Assembly: GCA_963752235.1 (NCBI GenBank)
Contig: CAVVXL010000001.1
Span: 1,856,590-1,920,589 of the forward strand
Reading direction: 5' to 3'
DNA from: an uncultured Acidobacteriota bacterium
GTDB taxonomy: Bacteria; Acidobacteriota; Thermoanaerobaculia; Multivoradales; UBA5704
DNA: 64,000 nucleotides
In this document: positions 25,547-35,198 of the stretch, in pieces
How positions within the stretch are numbered: position 1 is the first letter of the stretch
Layout of the letters: every line of letters starts with the position of its first letter
Position numbers and translations under genes: made by a program
Notes under the pieces: model-generated
Told to the model about the DNA's origin: nothing
What the model saw: the letters and a program-made list of their open reading frames with translations, nothing else
The model's database searches: none

Positions 25547-27847
25547 GTGAGCCAGATCCGAGTGCGCCTCCTGGGGGGGTTCGAAGTCTGGGCGGGAGAC
25601 CGTCAGGTCGGGGGGTTCGAGTCGCAGAAGGTGAGGGCCCTGCTGACCTATCTGGTCTGTCACCGCCGGCGGTCGTTCAGCCGGGACCATCTCGCCGACC
25701 TGCTGTGGCCTGAACGCGGGGGGGACGGCTCCCGTCATGCCCTGCGTCAGGCGATGTACAACCTGCGCGTCAAGCTTCCCGCCGGGGAGCCGCTGCTGCG
25801 CAGCAGCCATCTCGAGATCGGCCTCCATCCGGAAGCGGACTGCTGGGTGGACGTCGAGGCCTTCGAGGAGGCCCTGCGCCTGGGCACCGAGAGGGCGGTC
25901 GATCCGCAGCACCTGTCGGCGGCCGTCCAGCTCTACCGGGGGGAGTTCCTGGCCGGTTTCTTCGTCAGGGACAGCCCGGCCTTTGAGGACTGGCTGCTCA
26001 CCGAGCAGGTCCGCCTGCGCGACTCGGTCGTCGAGGTGCTGCACCGGCTGATCGACAGCTACCGACGGCGCGGCGAATACCGGTTCGGGGTCCACTACGC
26101 CCGCCGGCTGGTGGCCCTCGAGCCGCTCTCCGAGGAGGCGCACCGGGAGCTTATGCGCCTCTGCTCGCTCGCCGGCCAGCGCAACCGGGCGCTCGCCCAG
26201 TACGAGGAGCTGATCAACGTCCTGCGCGACGAGCTGGGGGTCGAGCCGCTCGCCGAGACGCGGGCGCTCTACGAGTCGATCCTCTCCGAGGCGGTGCGCG
26301 AGGAGAACGTGGAAGGCCAGGAGGAGCCGATCGGTCCGCTCATCCCCCTGGCCGGCCGCGGCGGCGCCTTCAACGCCCTGCGGGAGGGGTGGTCCCGCGC
26401 GCTCGCCGGCACGGTCCACCTCACCCTGGTCACCGGCGAACACGGGATCGGCAAGACCCGGCTGATCAAGTCGTTCCTCGACACCACGACCTCGAAGCGG
26501 AGCTACCGGGTGCTCAAAGGGCAGTGCTACGAGCTGAGCTCGCTGCTCCCCTACCGGCCGTTCATCGAGGTGCTGCGGGGCGCCCTAATGGAAGAGGACG
26601 AGATCTCCGGACAGCTCCTCGCGGCCGTGCCGCCGGAGGTGCTGGGAGACCTCCTCCGCCTGGTTCCTGAGCTGAGCGAGTTGCGGCCGGATCTCCCGGC
26701 GCCGGCGCCCCTCGCGAGCCCGGAGGAGCGCCGCCGGCTGTTCGCCTCGGCCGGGCGCTTCCTCGAAGGTCTGTGCAGCGGCGGCAACCCGCTGATCCTG
26801 TTCCTCGACGACCTCCACCTGGCGGACCCCGACACGCTCGACCTGCTGGGGTTCCTCCTCGCCAAGCTCGAGGGTCCGATCTGGTTTCTCGCCGCCTGCC
26901 GCCCCGAGGAGCTCGACTGGGAACATCCGCTCAATCAGATCTTCCGCCGCGGCGAAAAGGAGGGGCGGGCGACGCGCCTGGAGCCGGACCGGCTGGAGAC
27001 CGCGGCGCTCCTCGAGATTGCCGAATCGCTGCTCGGCGAGCCGCGGGCGGCCGAGCTCGCCGCCTTCCTCGAAGCGCAGAGCTCCGGCCTGCCGCTGGCC
27101 GTCTCGGAGCTGGTCAACTATCTCTGGGACGAAGGGCGCCTGGCACCCCGCGAGATGGGGATCTGGGATCTGGTGGGCCCGCTCGGCGACCTCACGGTGC
27201 CGGCGGACCTCGACGAGCTGATCCGGCTGCGCATCCGCCGCCTGCCCAACTCGACGCGGCGGCTGGCGACCCTGGCGGCGATGATCGGCCAGAGCTTCGA
27301 CGTCCACCTCCTCCAGGAGGCGGCCGACGAGCACTCCCTGGTCGTGGAGATCGGGCTCGAGATCCTCCTCAAGCGCTGGCTGATCCGGCAGTTCGCCTAC
27401 TTCTGGACCGCCGGCCGGAACGAGGCGGACCTCCTGTCGTCGTGGACCCGGGGCGCCCGCCGGGGGAGCTTCGAGTTCTCGCACACCCGCGTCAGGAGCG
27501 CCATCTATCGCGACTTGAACCCGCTGCGCCGGCAGGCGATGCACGCCCAGGTGGCCGCGGCGCTCGAGAACCTGCGGGGAGGGCGGGATTGCGAGACCCT
27601 GGCCTACCATTGGACCGCCGCGGGGCAGTGGGAGAAAGCGCTCCCTTTCCTCGAACGCGCGCTCGAGCGGGCGCAGGCGGTGGGGGCGGTGGACGCCGCC
27701 CGCCGTTACTGCGACCAGGCGATCGAGGGCTTGAGCCGGCTCGCCGCCGGCGCCCGCAGCGAGGCGCAGGCCGAGCGGTGGCGCGGGGAGCGGGAAGTGA
27801 TGCGGGAAAAGATCCGGTCGACCTGGGGAAGCGGCGTCAGCGGCTAG
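25547..27847 (+). CDS. SARP/AfsR-family transcriptional regulator (OmpR-type winged-helix DNA-binding domain + BTAD + AAA/NB-ARC ATPase + TPR-like C-terminus)
   Basis: VSQIRVRLLGGFEVWAGDRQV...KVRALLTYLV...LWPE is a SARP DNA-binding/BTAD signature. LTLVTGEHGIGKTRL is a P-loop. The helical C-terminus is TPR-like. Probable GTG start at 25547 with GAGGGAG SD; the track ORF starts at 25385. Confidence 0.7.
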   Translation: MSQIRVRLLGGFEVWAGDRQVGGFESQKVRALLTYLVCHRRRSFSRDHLADLLWPERGGDGSRHALRQAMYNLRVKLPAGEPLLRSSHLEIGLHPEADCWVDVEAFEEALRLGTERAVDPQHLSAAVQLYRGEFLAGFFVRDSPAFEDWLLTEQVRLRDSVVEVLHRLIDSYRRRGEYRFGVHYARRLVALEPLSEEAHRELMRLCSLAGQRNRALAQYEELINVLRDELGVEPLAETRALYESILSEAVREENVEGQEEPIGPLIPLAGRGGAFNALREGWSRALAGTVHLTLVTGEHGIGKTRLIKSFLDTTTSKRSYRVLKGQCYELSSLLPYRPFIEVLRGALMEEDEISGQLLAAVPPEVLGDLLRLVPELSELRPDLPAPAPLASPEERRRLFASAGRFLEGLCSGGNPLILFLDDLHLADPDTLDLLGFLLAKLEGPIWFLAACRPEELDWEHPLNQIFRRGEKEGRATRLEPDRLETAALLEIAESLLGEPRAAELAAFLEAQSSGLPLAVSELVNYLWDEGRLAPREMGIWDLVGPLGDLTVPADLDELIRLRIRRLPNSTRRLATLAAMIGQSFDVHLLQEAADEHSLVVEIGLEILLKRWLIRQFAYFWTAGRNEADLLSSWTRGARRGSFEFSHTRVRSAIYRDLNPLRRQAMHAQVAAALENLRGGRDCETLAYHWTAAGQWEKALPFLERALERAQAVGAVDAARRYCDQAIEGLSRLAAGARSEAQAERWRGEREVMREKIRSTWGSGVSG

Positions 27848-27865
27848 CGGCTAGCTGTTTAGCGG

Positions 27866-29047
27866 TTACCGGTTGATGCGCCGGACGCCGGCGACCCGCC
27901 CCTCCGCCGCCAGGTTGTGCCCCAGCACCTCGGCCTTGACCTCCTCCCGCTGCAGGCGGGCCAGGCGGCGGGCCTCCATCGCCATCCCCATCTGGCGCAT
28001 GCCGAGGATGACCGCGAACTCGAGGAGCACCAGCACCACGCCGAGGGTGGTCTCGCCGGTCACCGCGACCACCAGCGCCAGGGCGCAGAAGGAGAGGACG
28101 ACGGCGTAGATCAGGGCGACGATCCGCGAGCGGGCGCCGCCGAAATGGGCGAGGAGATGGTGGAGGTGCTTGCGGTCGGCGTGGAACATGCGCAGGAAGC
28201 GGCCGGTCAGCGCCCCCTTGGGGCGGTCGAGGAAACGGACCGCCATCACCAGCAGGGTGTCCATCACCGGCACGCCGAGCGCGAGAATGGGGACCAGGAT
28301 CGCTACCGCCGCCGGCGCCTTGAGGGAGGAGTGGACGGAGGTGGCGGCGAGCAGGAAGCCCAGCGTCAGGGAGCCCGAATCCCCCATGAAGACGCGCGCC
28401 GGCTCCCAGTTGTGACGCAGGAACCCGACGCAGGAGCCGGCGATGGCGGCCATCAGGATCACGGTGCCGGGATTACCCTGGAGCACGGCGTAGCCGAGGA
28501 AGCTCACCGCGATGATGGTGACGACGCCGCTCGCCAGCCCGTCGAGCCCGTCGAGCAGATTGATCGCGTTGGTGACGCCCACGATCCAGAGCAGCGAGAC
28601 GAGCCCCCCGAACAGGCCGAGGTGGATCTCGCCGACGATCGGCAGGCGCAGCACCTCGAACGCCCAGCCGGCCTGCACCAGAGGATACGCCGCCACCAGT
28701 TGGAGGAGCAGCTTCTTGCCGGCCGAGACACCCACCAAGTCGTCGACGGCGCCGACCAGGAAGACCAGCAGGGTGCCGAACCCCAGAGCCAGCAGCTCGT
28801 TGCGGCCGATCGAAGTCCCCAGCCTCCCCCACAGCGAGACCGCCGCGACGCCGCCGCCGAGCGCCAAGCCGATGGCGATGGCGGCCCCGCCCAGCCGCGG
28901 CACGGCGCCGGTCTGGAGCTTGCGGTCTCCGGGGTGATCGAGGGCGCGCAGCATGATCGCCAGGCGCGCGACCGGCGGCACCATCAGATTGGTCGCGAGG
29001 GCGGCGACGAAAGCGGCGCCGAGAGCGTACGAAAGGATTCCGTCCAT
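27866..29047 (-). CDS. undecaprenyl-phosphate sugar-1-phosphate transferase (MraY/WecA/TagO family, glycosyltransferase family 4)
   Basis: VGAVDDLVGVS and VTNAINLLDGLDGLASG are MraY/WecA signature motifs. Polytopic membrane protein. Confidence 0.8.
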   Translation of the reverse strand: MDGILSYALGAAFVAALATNLMVPPVARLAIMLRALDHPGDRKLQTGAVPRLGGAAIAIGLALGGGVAAVSLWGRLGTSIGRNELLALGFGTLLVFLVGAVDDLVGVSAGKKLLLQLVAAYPLVQAGWAFEVLRLPIVGEIHLGLFGGLVSLLWIVGVTNAINLLDGLDGLASGVVTIIAVSFLGYAVLQGNPGTVILMAAIAGSCVGFLRHNWEPARVFMGDSGSLTLGFLLAATSVHSSLKAPAAVAILVPILALGVPVMDTLLVMAVRFLDRPKGALTGRFLRMFHADRKHLHHLLAHFGGARSRIVALIYAVVLSFCALALVVAVTGETTLGVVLVLLEFAVILGMRQMGMAMEARRLARLQREEVKAEVLGHNLAAEGRVAGVRRINR

Positions 29048-29141
29048 CCAGCTACTTTCTGAGCGATCTATGCTGTAATAGTTTATTAACTTTACTCTTG
29101 ATCGCTTGCTGTGGATCTATTTTACCGCAGAACGCCGGGAT

Positions 29142-30002
29142 TTACGTCGCCGGCCGACAGATCAACCGGGAGACGGCGCGCCGCGTCGCGAAGCGTGCCG
29201 GGGAGAGAGGCCGGCCGCGCAGATCGAAGATTCCGTAGCCGAGCCCGGTGAGCAGGCCCGCGATCTCCGCCAGCGAGCCGCCGAGCTCGGCGATTCGCTG
29301 CGGGTGGATCTCGAGGAAGAGGACGGGCCGACTTCCGGCGAAGAGCCGGTGGGCCCCGCGCAGCACCGCGAGCTCATACCCCTCGACGTCGATCTTCACC
29401 AGGTCGGGATGAAAACCCAGCTCTTCGCACAGCAGGTCGAGGGTGTGCAAGGGGACCTGGACGGCCGACGGATCTCCCGCGGCTTCGGGGGAGGCCTCGA
29501 GGTGGTGCCACGAGTAACGCATGGTGAGGGTGCCGGGGGCGGCACCCACGGCCGCCTGGACCGGCCTGATGCGAGCGCCGGCGTTCAAGCGCAGGCTGCT
29601 CGCGAGCACCTCCCAGGCGAGGGGGGAGGGCTCGACGGCCACCGCTTCGGCGTCCGGCCGGCCGTGGGTGAAGGCGAGGGAGAAGAGGCCGTGGCAGGCG
29701 CCGACGTCGAGAAAGCGCTGGCGGTCCCGGGAGCCCGCGAGGAAGGCGTCGAGCTCGTCGGTCATCTCGAGGGAGCGATGGCAGAACCACTCGAACGACT
29801 CGCGCGCCTGCGCGTCGACGGCCAGCCGCAGCCCCGGGCGGAGGGTCATCTCGCCGCCGGCGGCGCCCCGGTTGAGGCGCTGGAAGCGCCGCCGCCGGAG
29901 CAGCCGGCGAGGGTCGAGAGCCTGCGCGCGGTGCCAGAGAGCGCGCAGGGTGTTGACCGAGCGCGCGGGAAGCAGGGCGGTCGCGAGCCGCCTGGCGTTC
30001 AT
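29142..30002 (-). CDS. FkbM-family methyltransferase
   Basis: LVKIDVEGYELAVLRGA is the FkbM-domain hallmark; FLDVGACHG is the SAM-binding loop. Real start is the ATG for MNARRLATALL; the upstream track ORF is run-on. The start overlaps the GT4 stop (ATGA). Confidence 0.7.
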   Translation of the reverse strand: MNARRLATALLPARSVNTLRALWHRAQALDPRRLLRRRRFQRLNRGAAGGEMTLRPGLRLAVDAQARESFEWFCHRSLEMTDELDAFLAGSRDRQRFLDVGACHGLFSLAFTHGRPDAEAVAVEPSPLAWEVLASSLRLNAGARIRPVQAAVGAAPGTLTMRYSWHHLEASPEAAGDPSAVQVPLHTLDLLCEELGFHPDLVKIDVEGYELAVLRGAHRLFAGSRPVLFLEIHPQRIAELGGSLAEIAGLLTGLGYGIFDLRGRPLSPARFATRRAVSRLICRPAT

Positions 30003-31225
30003 GCGGAGATCTCCTCCGGTATCTCCAGCATCTCCAGCGCGTGGGCGACGCCGGCCGGATCGCCCACGTCGACGCGCCGGTAGCGCCCCGCCGGCAGGTC
30101 CCGCGAGCAGAGGAGGTGGACGTCCGAGCCGCCGCTCCCCACGTAGAGCACCCCTTTCCCCGAGCGGATGCAGCCGTAGACCTTGGAGGGGAGCACGTAG
30201 CCCACGAAGCCGTCGCGCAGGGTGATCAGGTGGGCGTCCGGCGTCACCAGAAGGCGCGGCAGCAGCGCGAGCGGCACGGGGCGGCTGCGGTGGACGGGCA
30301 AGCCCTCGCGGCGCAGGATCTCCTCGACCCGGTCCGCCTTCGCCCCGGTGGCGTTGAGCCACAGCGCCACCCGTCCGGACCCCTCGCGATGGTGGCGGCG
30401 GTACCCCTCGACGAACGTCTCGTGGTCGTGGGCGACGCCGAAGTTGCCGGAATAGAGGAGGACCGTCCGGCCGCGCAGCGCCTCCGGCCTTTCGAGCGGC
30501 TCGGTGCCCGCCGGGATCTCGACCGGCGAGGCGTCGCGCCGGAGCACGATCCGCTCCGGCGGGATGCCGATCTCGAGCAGGCGCCGCCGCTGGTCCTCGC
30601 CGAGCACCTCGAAGCCGTCCACCCGCTGGCGCAGCGCGACCGTCCAGCGATGGAAGAGCCGCAGCGGCGCCGGCACGCGCTCCATCCCGGCCATCAGGCA
30701 CTCGGGATGAAAGTCGGTGATGCGGTAGGTCAGGCGTTTGCCGGGGCCAATGCCGAACAGCCGCCTGAGCGGCACCAGAAGCTGGATCAGGAACGGCGGG
30801 CTGCCGGTGAACAGGACCTCGTCCGCCGCGCGCAGCTCGCGCCGCAGCCGCCAGACCAGCCGGAGGTCGGTCCGCGCCGTCCACAGCGCCCGGGTGCGGA
30901 AGTCGGCCCGGTCGTAGGGGGAGGCCCGCAGGCGGACGACCCGCAGCCGTCCGGCCCCGGCCGGTTCCTCGACGAGCGAATCGGCGGTCGAGGAGAGCCC
31001 GGCCAGCACCACGTCCTCCCCGGCCGCGGCGCGCTGGCGCGCGCAGAGCAGGGCGTACTGGCCGACGGCGCCGAAATCCGGCGGCAGCCAGTCGCAGAGG
31101 TAGACCAGCCTGTGGGGCGGCTTACGCAGCGAAGTACTGGGTGGAGTGACGTCCAAACCGTGCTCTACTTTGCCTCTCCTCCGCGAGAAGGCCGACGGGC
31201 CGGGCTGTTCGGGAGGATCGGGCAA
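29999..31225 (-). CDS. glycosyltransferase family 4 (GT-B fold)
   Basis: RLVYLCDWLPPDFGAVGQYA is a GT4 N-terminal domain; LLYSGNFGVAHDHETFVEG is the C-terminal donor-binding region. The N-terminal start is ambiguous (TTG at 31225 or ATG at 31357); the track ORF's first 120 aa are junk. Confidence 0.6.
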   Translation of the reverse strand: MPDPPEQPGPSAFSRRRGKVEHGLDVTPPSTSLRKPPHRLVYLCDWLPPDFGAVGQYALLCARQRAAAGEDVVLAGLSSTADSLVEEPAGAGRLRVVRLRASPYDRADFRTRALWTARTDLRLVWRLRRELRAADEVLFTGSPPFLIQLLVPLRRLFGIGPGKRLTYRITDFHPECLMAGMERVPAPLRLFHRWTVALRQRVDGFEVLGEDQRRRLLEIGIPPERIVLRRDASPVEIPAGTEPLERPEALRGRTVLLYSGNFGVAHDHETFVEGYRRHHREGSGRVALWLNATGAKADRVEEILRREGLPVHRSRPVPLALLPRLLVTPDAHLITLRDGFVGYVLPSKVYGCIRSGKGVLYVGSGGSDVHLLCSRDLPAGRYRRVDVGDPAGVAHALEMLEIPEEISA

Positions 31226-31244
31226 GTCTAAACGGAAGAGGAGA

Positions 31245-32120
31245 ATGCGCAAAACGATCGCGGTCGCGACGCTGCTGGGCCACGCCCACGTCGAGATGGC
31301 TCTCGCGTGCCTGGGGAGCCTGCTGCGCCACTCCGCCGAGCCGCTGCGGCTGCGCATCCACGAGGACGGCTCCCTCCTCGCGGCGGACCGCGAGCGGCTG
31401 ACGGCCGGGCTGGGGAATCCCGAATTCGTCACGCGCGCCGAGGCGGACGACCGGGTGGCGGCGGCGCTCACGGGCCGCCCCGCCCTCCGCGCTTTCCGCC
31501 GCGGCAATCCCCTGGCGCTCAAGCTGATCGACATCCCCCTGCTCGCCGGCAATTCCGGAGACGACCTGGCCTACTGCGACTCGGACGTCCTCTTCCTGCG
31601 CCCGTTCTCCGGCCTCTTCGCGGACCCGGGGCCGGAGACCGGCGCCGTCTTCATGAGCGACCGCCAGAACGCCTACTCCGTCCGCTCCTGGCACCTGTTG
31701 ACCGAGCCGCGGCTGGCGCTCCCGGCCCGGGTCAACTCGGGGGTCCTCCGCTTCCGCACCCGCCTCTTCGATCCCGACCTCCTCGAGTGGTACCTCGCGC
31801 GCCCGGAGTACGGCTTCGCGCCGGTATGGAGCGAGCAGACCGCCTGGGCGCTGCTCGCGGGACGGGCCGGGTGCCGCCTGTGGGACCCGCGCCTCCTCCG
31901 CTTCCCCGATCCCGCGCGGATGCCGGACGAGGAGGTGGTGGCCCTCCACTTCGTCAGCCCCCTGCGCGCGCTCTTCCCCCGGCATCTCGAGCTTTACCTC
32001 AAACAAGCCCGCGACCGGACCGGCGAGGCGCCGGCGCACGTCGGCACCATCCCCGCGCGCCGCTGCCGCCCCTGGGACCTCGCCTGGACCGAGGCGCGCC
32101 GGCGCCTTCGCTTCCGATGA
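31245..32120 (+). CDS. putative nucleotide-diphospho-sugar transferase (GT-A-like), uncertain
   Basis: Starts at MRKTIAVATLLGHAHVE with GGAAGAGGAG RBS. Contains a DxD-like LAYCDSDVLFLRP. Divergent from the GT4 operon. Confidence 0.4.
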   Translation: MRKTIAVATLLGHAHVEMALACLGSLLRHSAEPLRLRIHEDGSLLAADRERLTAGLGNPEFVTRAEADDRVAAALTGRPALRAFRRGNPLALKLIDIPLLAGNSGDDLAYCDSDVLFLRPFSGLFADPGPETGAVFMSDRQNAYSVRSWHLLTEPRLALPARVNSGVLRFRTRLFDPDLLEWYLARPEYGFAPVWSEQTAWALLAGRAGCRLWDPRLLRFPDPARMPDEEVVALHFVSPLRALFPRHLELYLKQARDRTGEAPAHVGTIPARRCRPWDLAWTEARRRLRFR

Positions 32121-32122
32121 CA

Positions 32123-32201
32123 AAAGGCCGGCCCGCTCGCGCGGACCGGCCTTGGAACTGCCTTACGAACCTATAACCAACCGGCGGCGCGGTGCCGCCG
32201 G
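32123..32201. terminator. hairpin-rich convergent terminator region between the putative transferase (+) and groEL (-)
   Basis: AAGGCCGGCCCGC-tc-GCGCGGACCGGCCTT and CCGGCGGC-gcggt-GCCGCCGG stems. Only short U-tracts. Confidence 0.35.
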
Positions 32202-32211
32202 GAATCCGGCT

Positions 32212-33882
<1,671 letters not shown>

Positions 33883-33933
33883 CTATAGCTTGAAAGTCTT
33901 GATGAAGGTCGCTGGTCGCTTGGAGCGCGGGGA

Positions 33934-34236
33934 TCACTTGCTGCCGTTCGAACCGACGATGGCCAGGATCTCTTCCTCGCGGAGGATCACGTAGTCATTG
34001 CCGTCGAGCTTGATCTCGCTGCCGGAGTACTTGCCCATGAGGACGCGGTCGCCCTCCTTGACGTCCATCGGCGCGCGCTTGCCCTCGTCGTTGAGCTTGC
34101 CCGGGCCGACCGCGACCACCTCGGCCTCCTGCGGCTTCTCTTTGGCGCTGTCCGGAATGATGATGCCCCCCCGGACCTGCTCTTCCTGCTCAATGCGCTT
34201 CACCAGGACACGATCGTGCAAAGGACGAATATTCAT
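33934..34236 (-). CDS. groES: co-chaperonin GroES (10 kDa)
   Basis: [46 protein letters not shown]...; AAGGAGGT RBS. The track ORF (to 34446) is an upstream run-on. Confidence 0.95.
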   Translation of the reverse strand: MNIRPLHDRVLVKRIEQEEQVRGGIIIPDSAKEKPQEAEVVAVGPGKLNDEGKRAPMDVKEGDRVLMGKYSGSEIKLDGNDYVILREEEILAIVGSNGSK

Positions 34237-34295
34237 AGTGCTTACCTCCTTGGAGACTAGGTTGGAGCGGAGATTGGGTTCATTGCGGCCGGCTG

Positions 34296-34322
34296 TCAGC
34301 ACTCGCCCGCATTGACTGCTAA
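34296..34322. promoter_or_regulatory. CIRCE-like HrcA operator upstream of groES
   Basis: TCAGCACTC-N9-GACTGCTAA versus consensus TTAGCACTC-N9-GAGTGCTAA (one mismatch per arm), about 60-85 nt upstream of the groES ATG. Confidence 0.6.
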
Positions 34323-34475
34323 CAGCATAGTCAGACAGAAAATGCCTGTCAAGGGTTTGAGGGGGCTCTTCGTGCCCGAGCTTGGCCCGCGCAGCCGACT
34401 GGCAGCGAGCGAAGCGAGCGCACACGAAGGAGGCGAGCAGGGCCAAGCTCGGGCACGAAGAGCCCCCTCGGGCGA

Positions 34476-34898
34476 TCAGGCGGTGCCGAGGGGGGCGAAG
34501 CGCTCCTCGATGCCGGCGGGCTCGCCGATCGCCCGCCCGTCGCGCTCGACCCAGGCGTGAGCGGCGAGCGTGCCCCCCTGGCGGAGGACGCCGATCTTCA
34601 GCTCGCTCGGGATGCCGTGCCGCCCGAGCAGCCAGCGCAGGGTGAGCGCCCGGGGGACGCAGCGCATCGGATAGAGATGATGGCGCGCCGCCGCCGCCGC
34701 CGCCCAGACGAGCCGGCCGACCGCTTCCTCACCAGAGGCCCTGCCGGCCGGCGCGGGGGCGAGCCAGCGCTCCAGCCGGGCGAAGGAGAGCGCGCGCAGC
34801 CCCAGATCGGCGGCGAGGAGGATCCCCCAGGCGCGAGCGAAGGCCCAGAGGTCCGCCGGGCTCCTGCCCTTCCGCCGATTGAGATCTCGAACCGCCAT
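34476..34898 (-). CDS. transglutaminase-like cysteine protease, lasso-peptide B2 (leader peptidase) homolog; orphan
   Basis: 140 aa. ...[29 protein letters not shown]...[17 protein letters not shown] has the Cys...His(AHAWVE)...Asp arrangement and spacing of PF13471/lasso B2 proteins. Confidence 0.6.
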   Translation of the reverse strand: MAVRDLNRRKGRSPADLWAFARAWGILLAADLGLRALSFARLERWLAPAPAGRASGEEAVGRLVWAAAAAARHHLYPMRCVPRALTLRWLLGRHGIPSELKIGVLRQGGTLAAHAWVERDGRAIGEPAGIEERFAPLGTA

Positions 34899-35198
34899 AG
34901 CCGATTATCCTCCCGATCCCAGCCGATCTGAGCCCCGGCGGCTCAGAAAATCGGCTGTGCTAAAATCACCCGGCTTGAACGACGACCCTCCGAAACGACC
35001 CATCGCCCTCGCTCCCCCCGGCCTCCCGAACCCGCGGTCCCCAGGCTCAGCGGGTGAGCTGCGCCCGCACGGCCCTCGCGATCGGCGCGATCGCGAGGAG
35101 GGGCCCGGTTGAGCTTCTTCCTGCTCGCCGCCGCCCTTCCCGCCGCCGTGCCGGTTTCCCCGGCGCCGTCGGGCTTCGCAGCCCATCCCGGCTGGGGG

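Noticed and set aside
25147-27610. ORFs 25147..25713 (+), 25394..26443 (-), 26585..27610 (-), 26773..27876 (+) around the SARP regulator
   Set aside because: Overlap the regulator in other frames or strands with low-complexity translations. Only the frame with the wHTH/BTAD/P-loop motifs is credible.
30003-30884. N-terminal 294 aa of ORF 29142..30884 and the first about 110 aa of ORF 29999..31552
   Set aside because: Junk composition in frame upstream of clear domain starts (FkbM at MNARRL...; GT4 at ...RLVYLCDWLPPDFG). They also overlap neighbouring genes. Plus-strand ORFs 30041..31231 and 29521..30225 are antisense artefacts.
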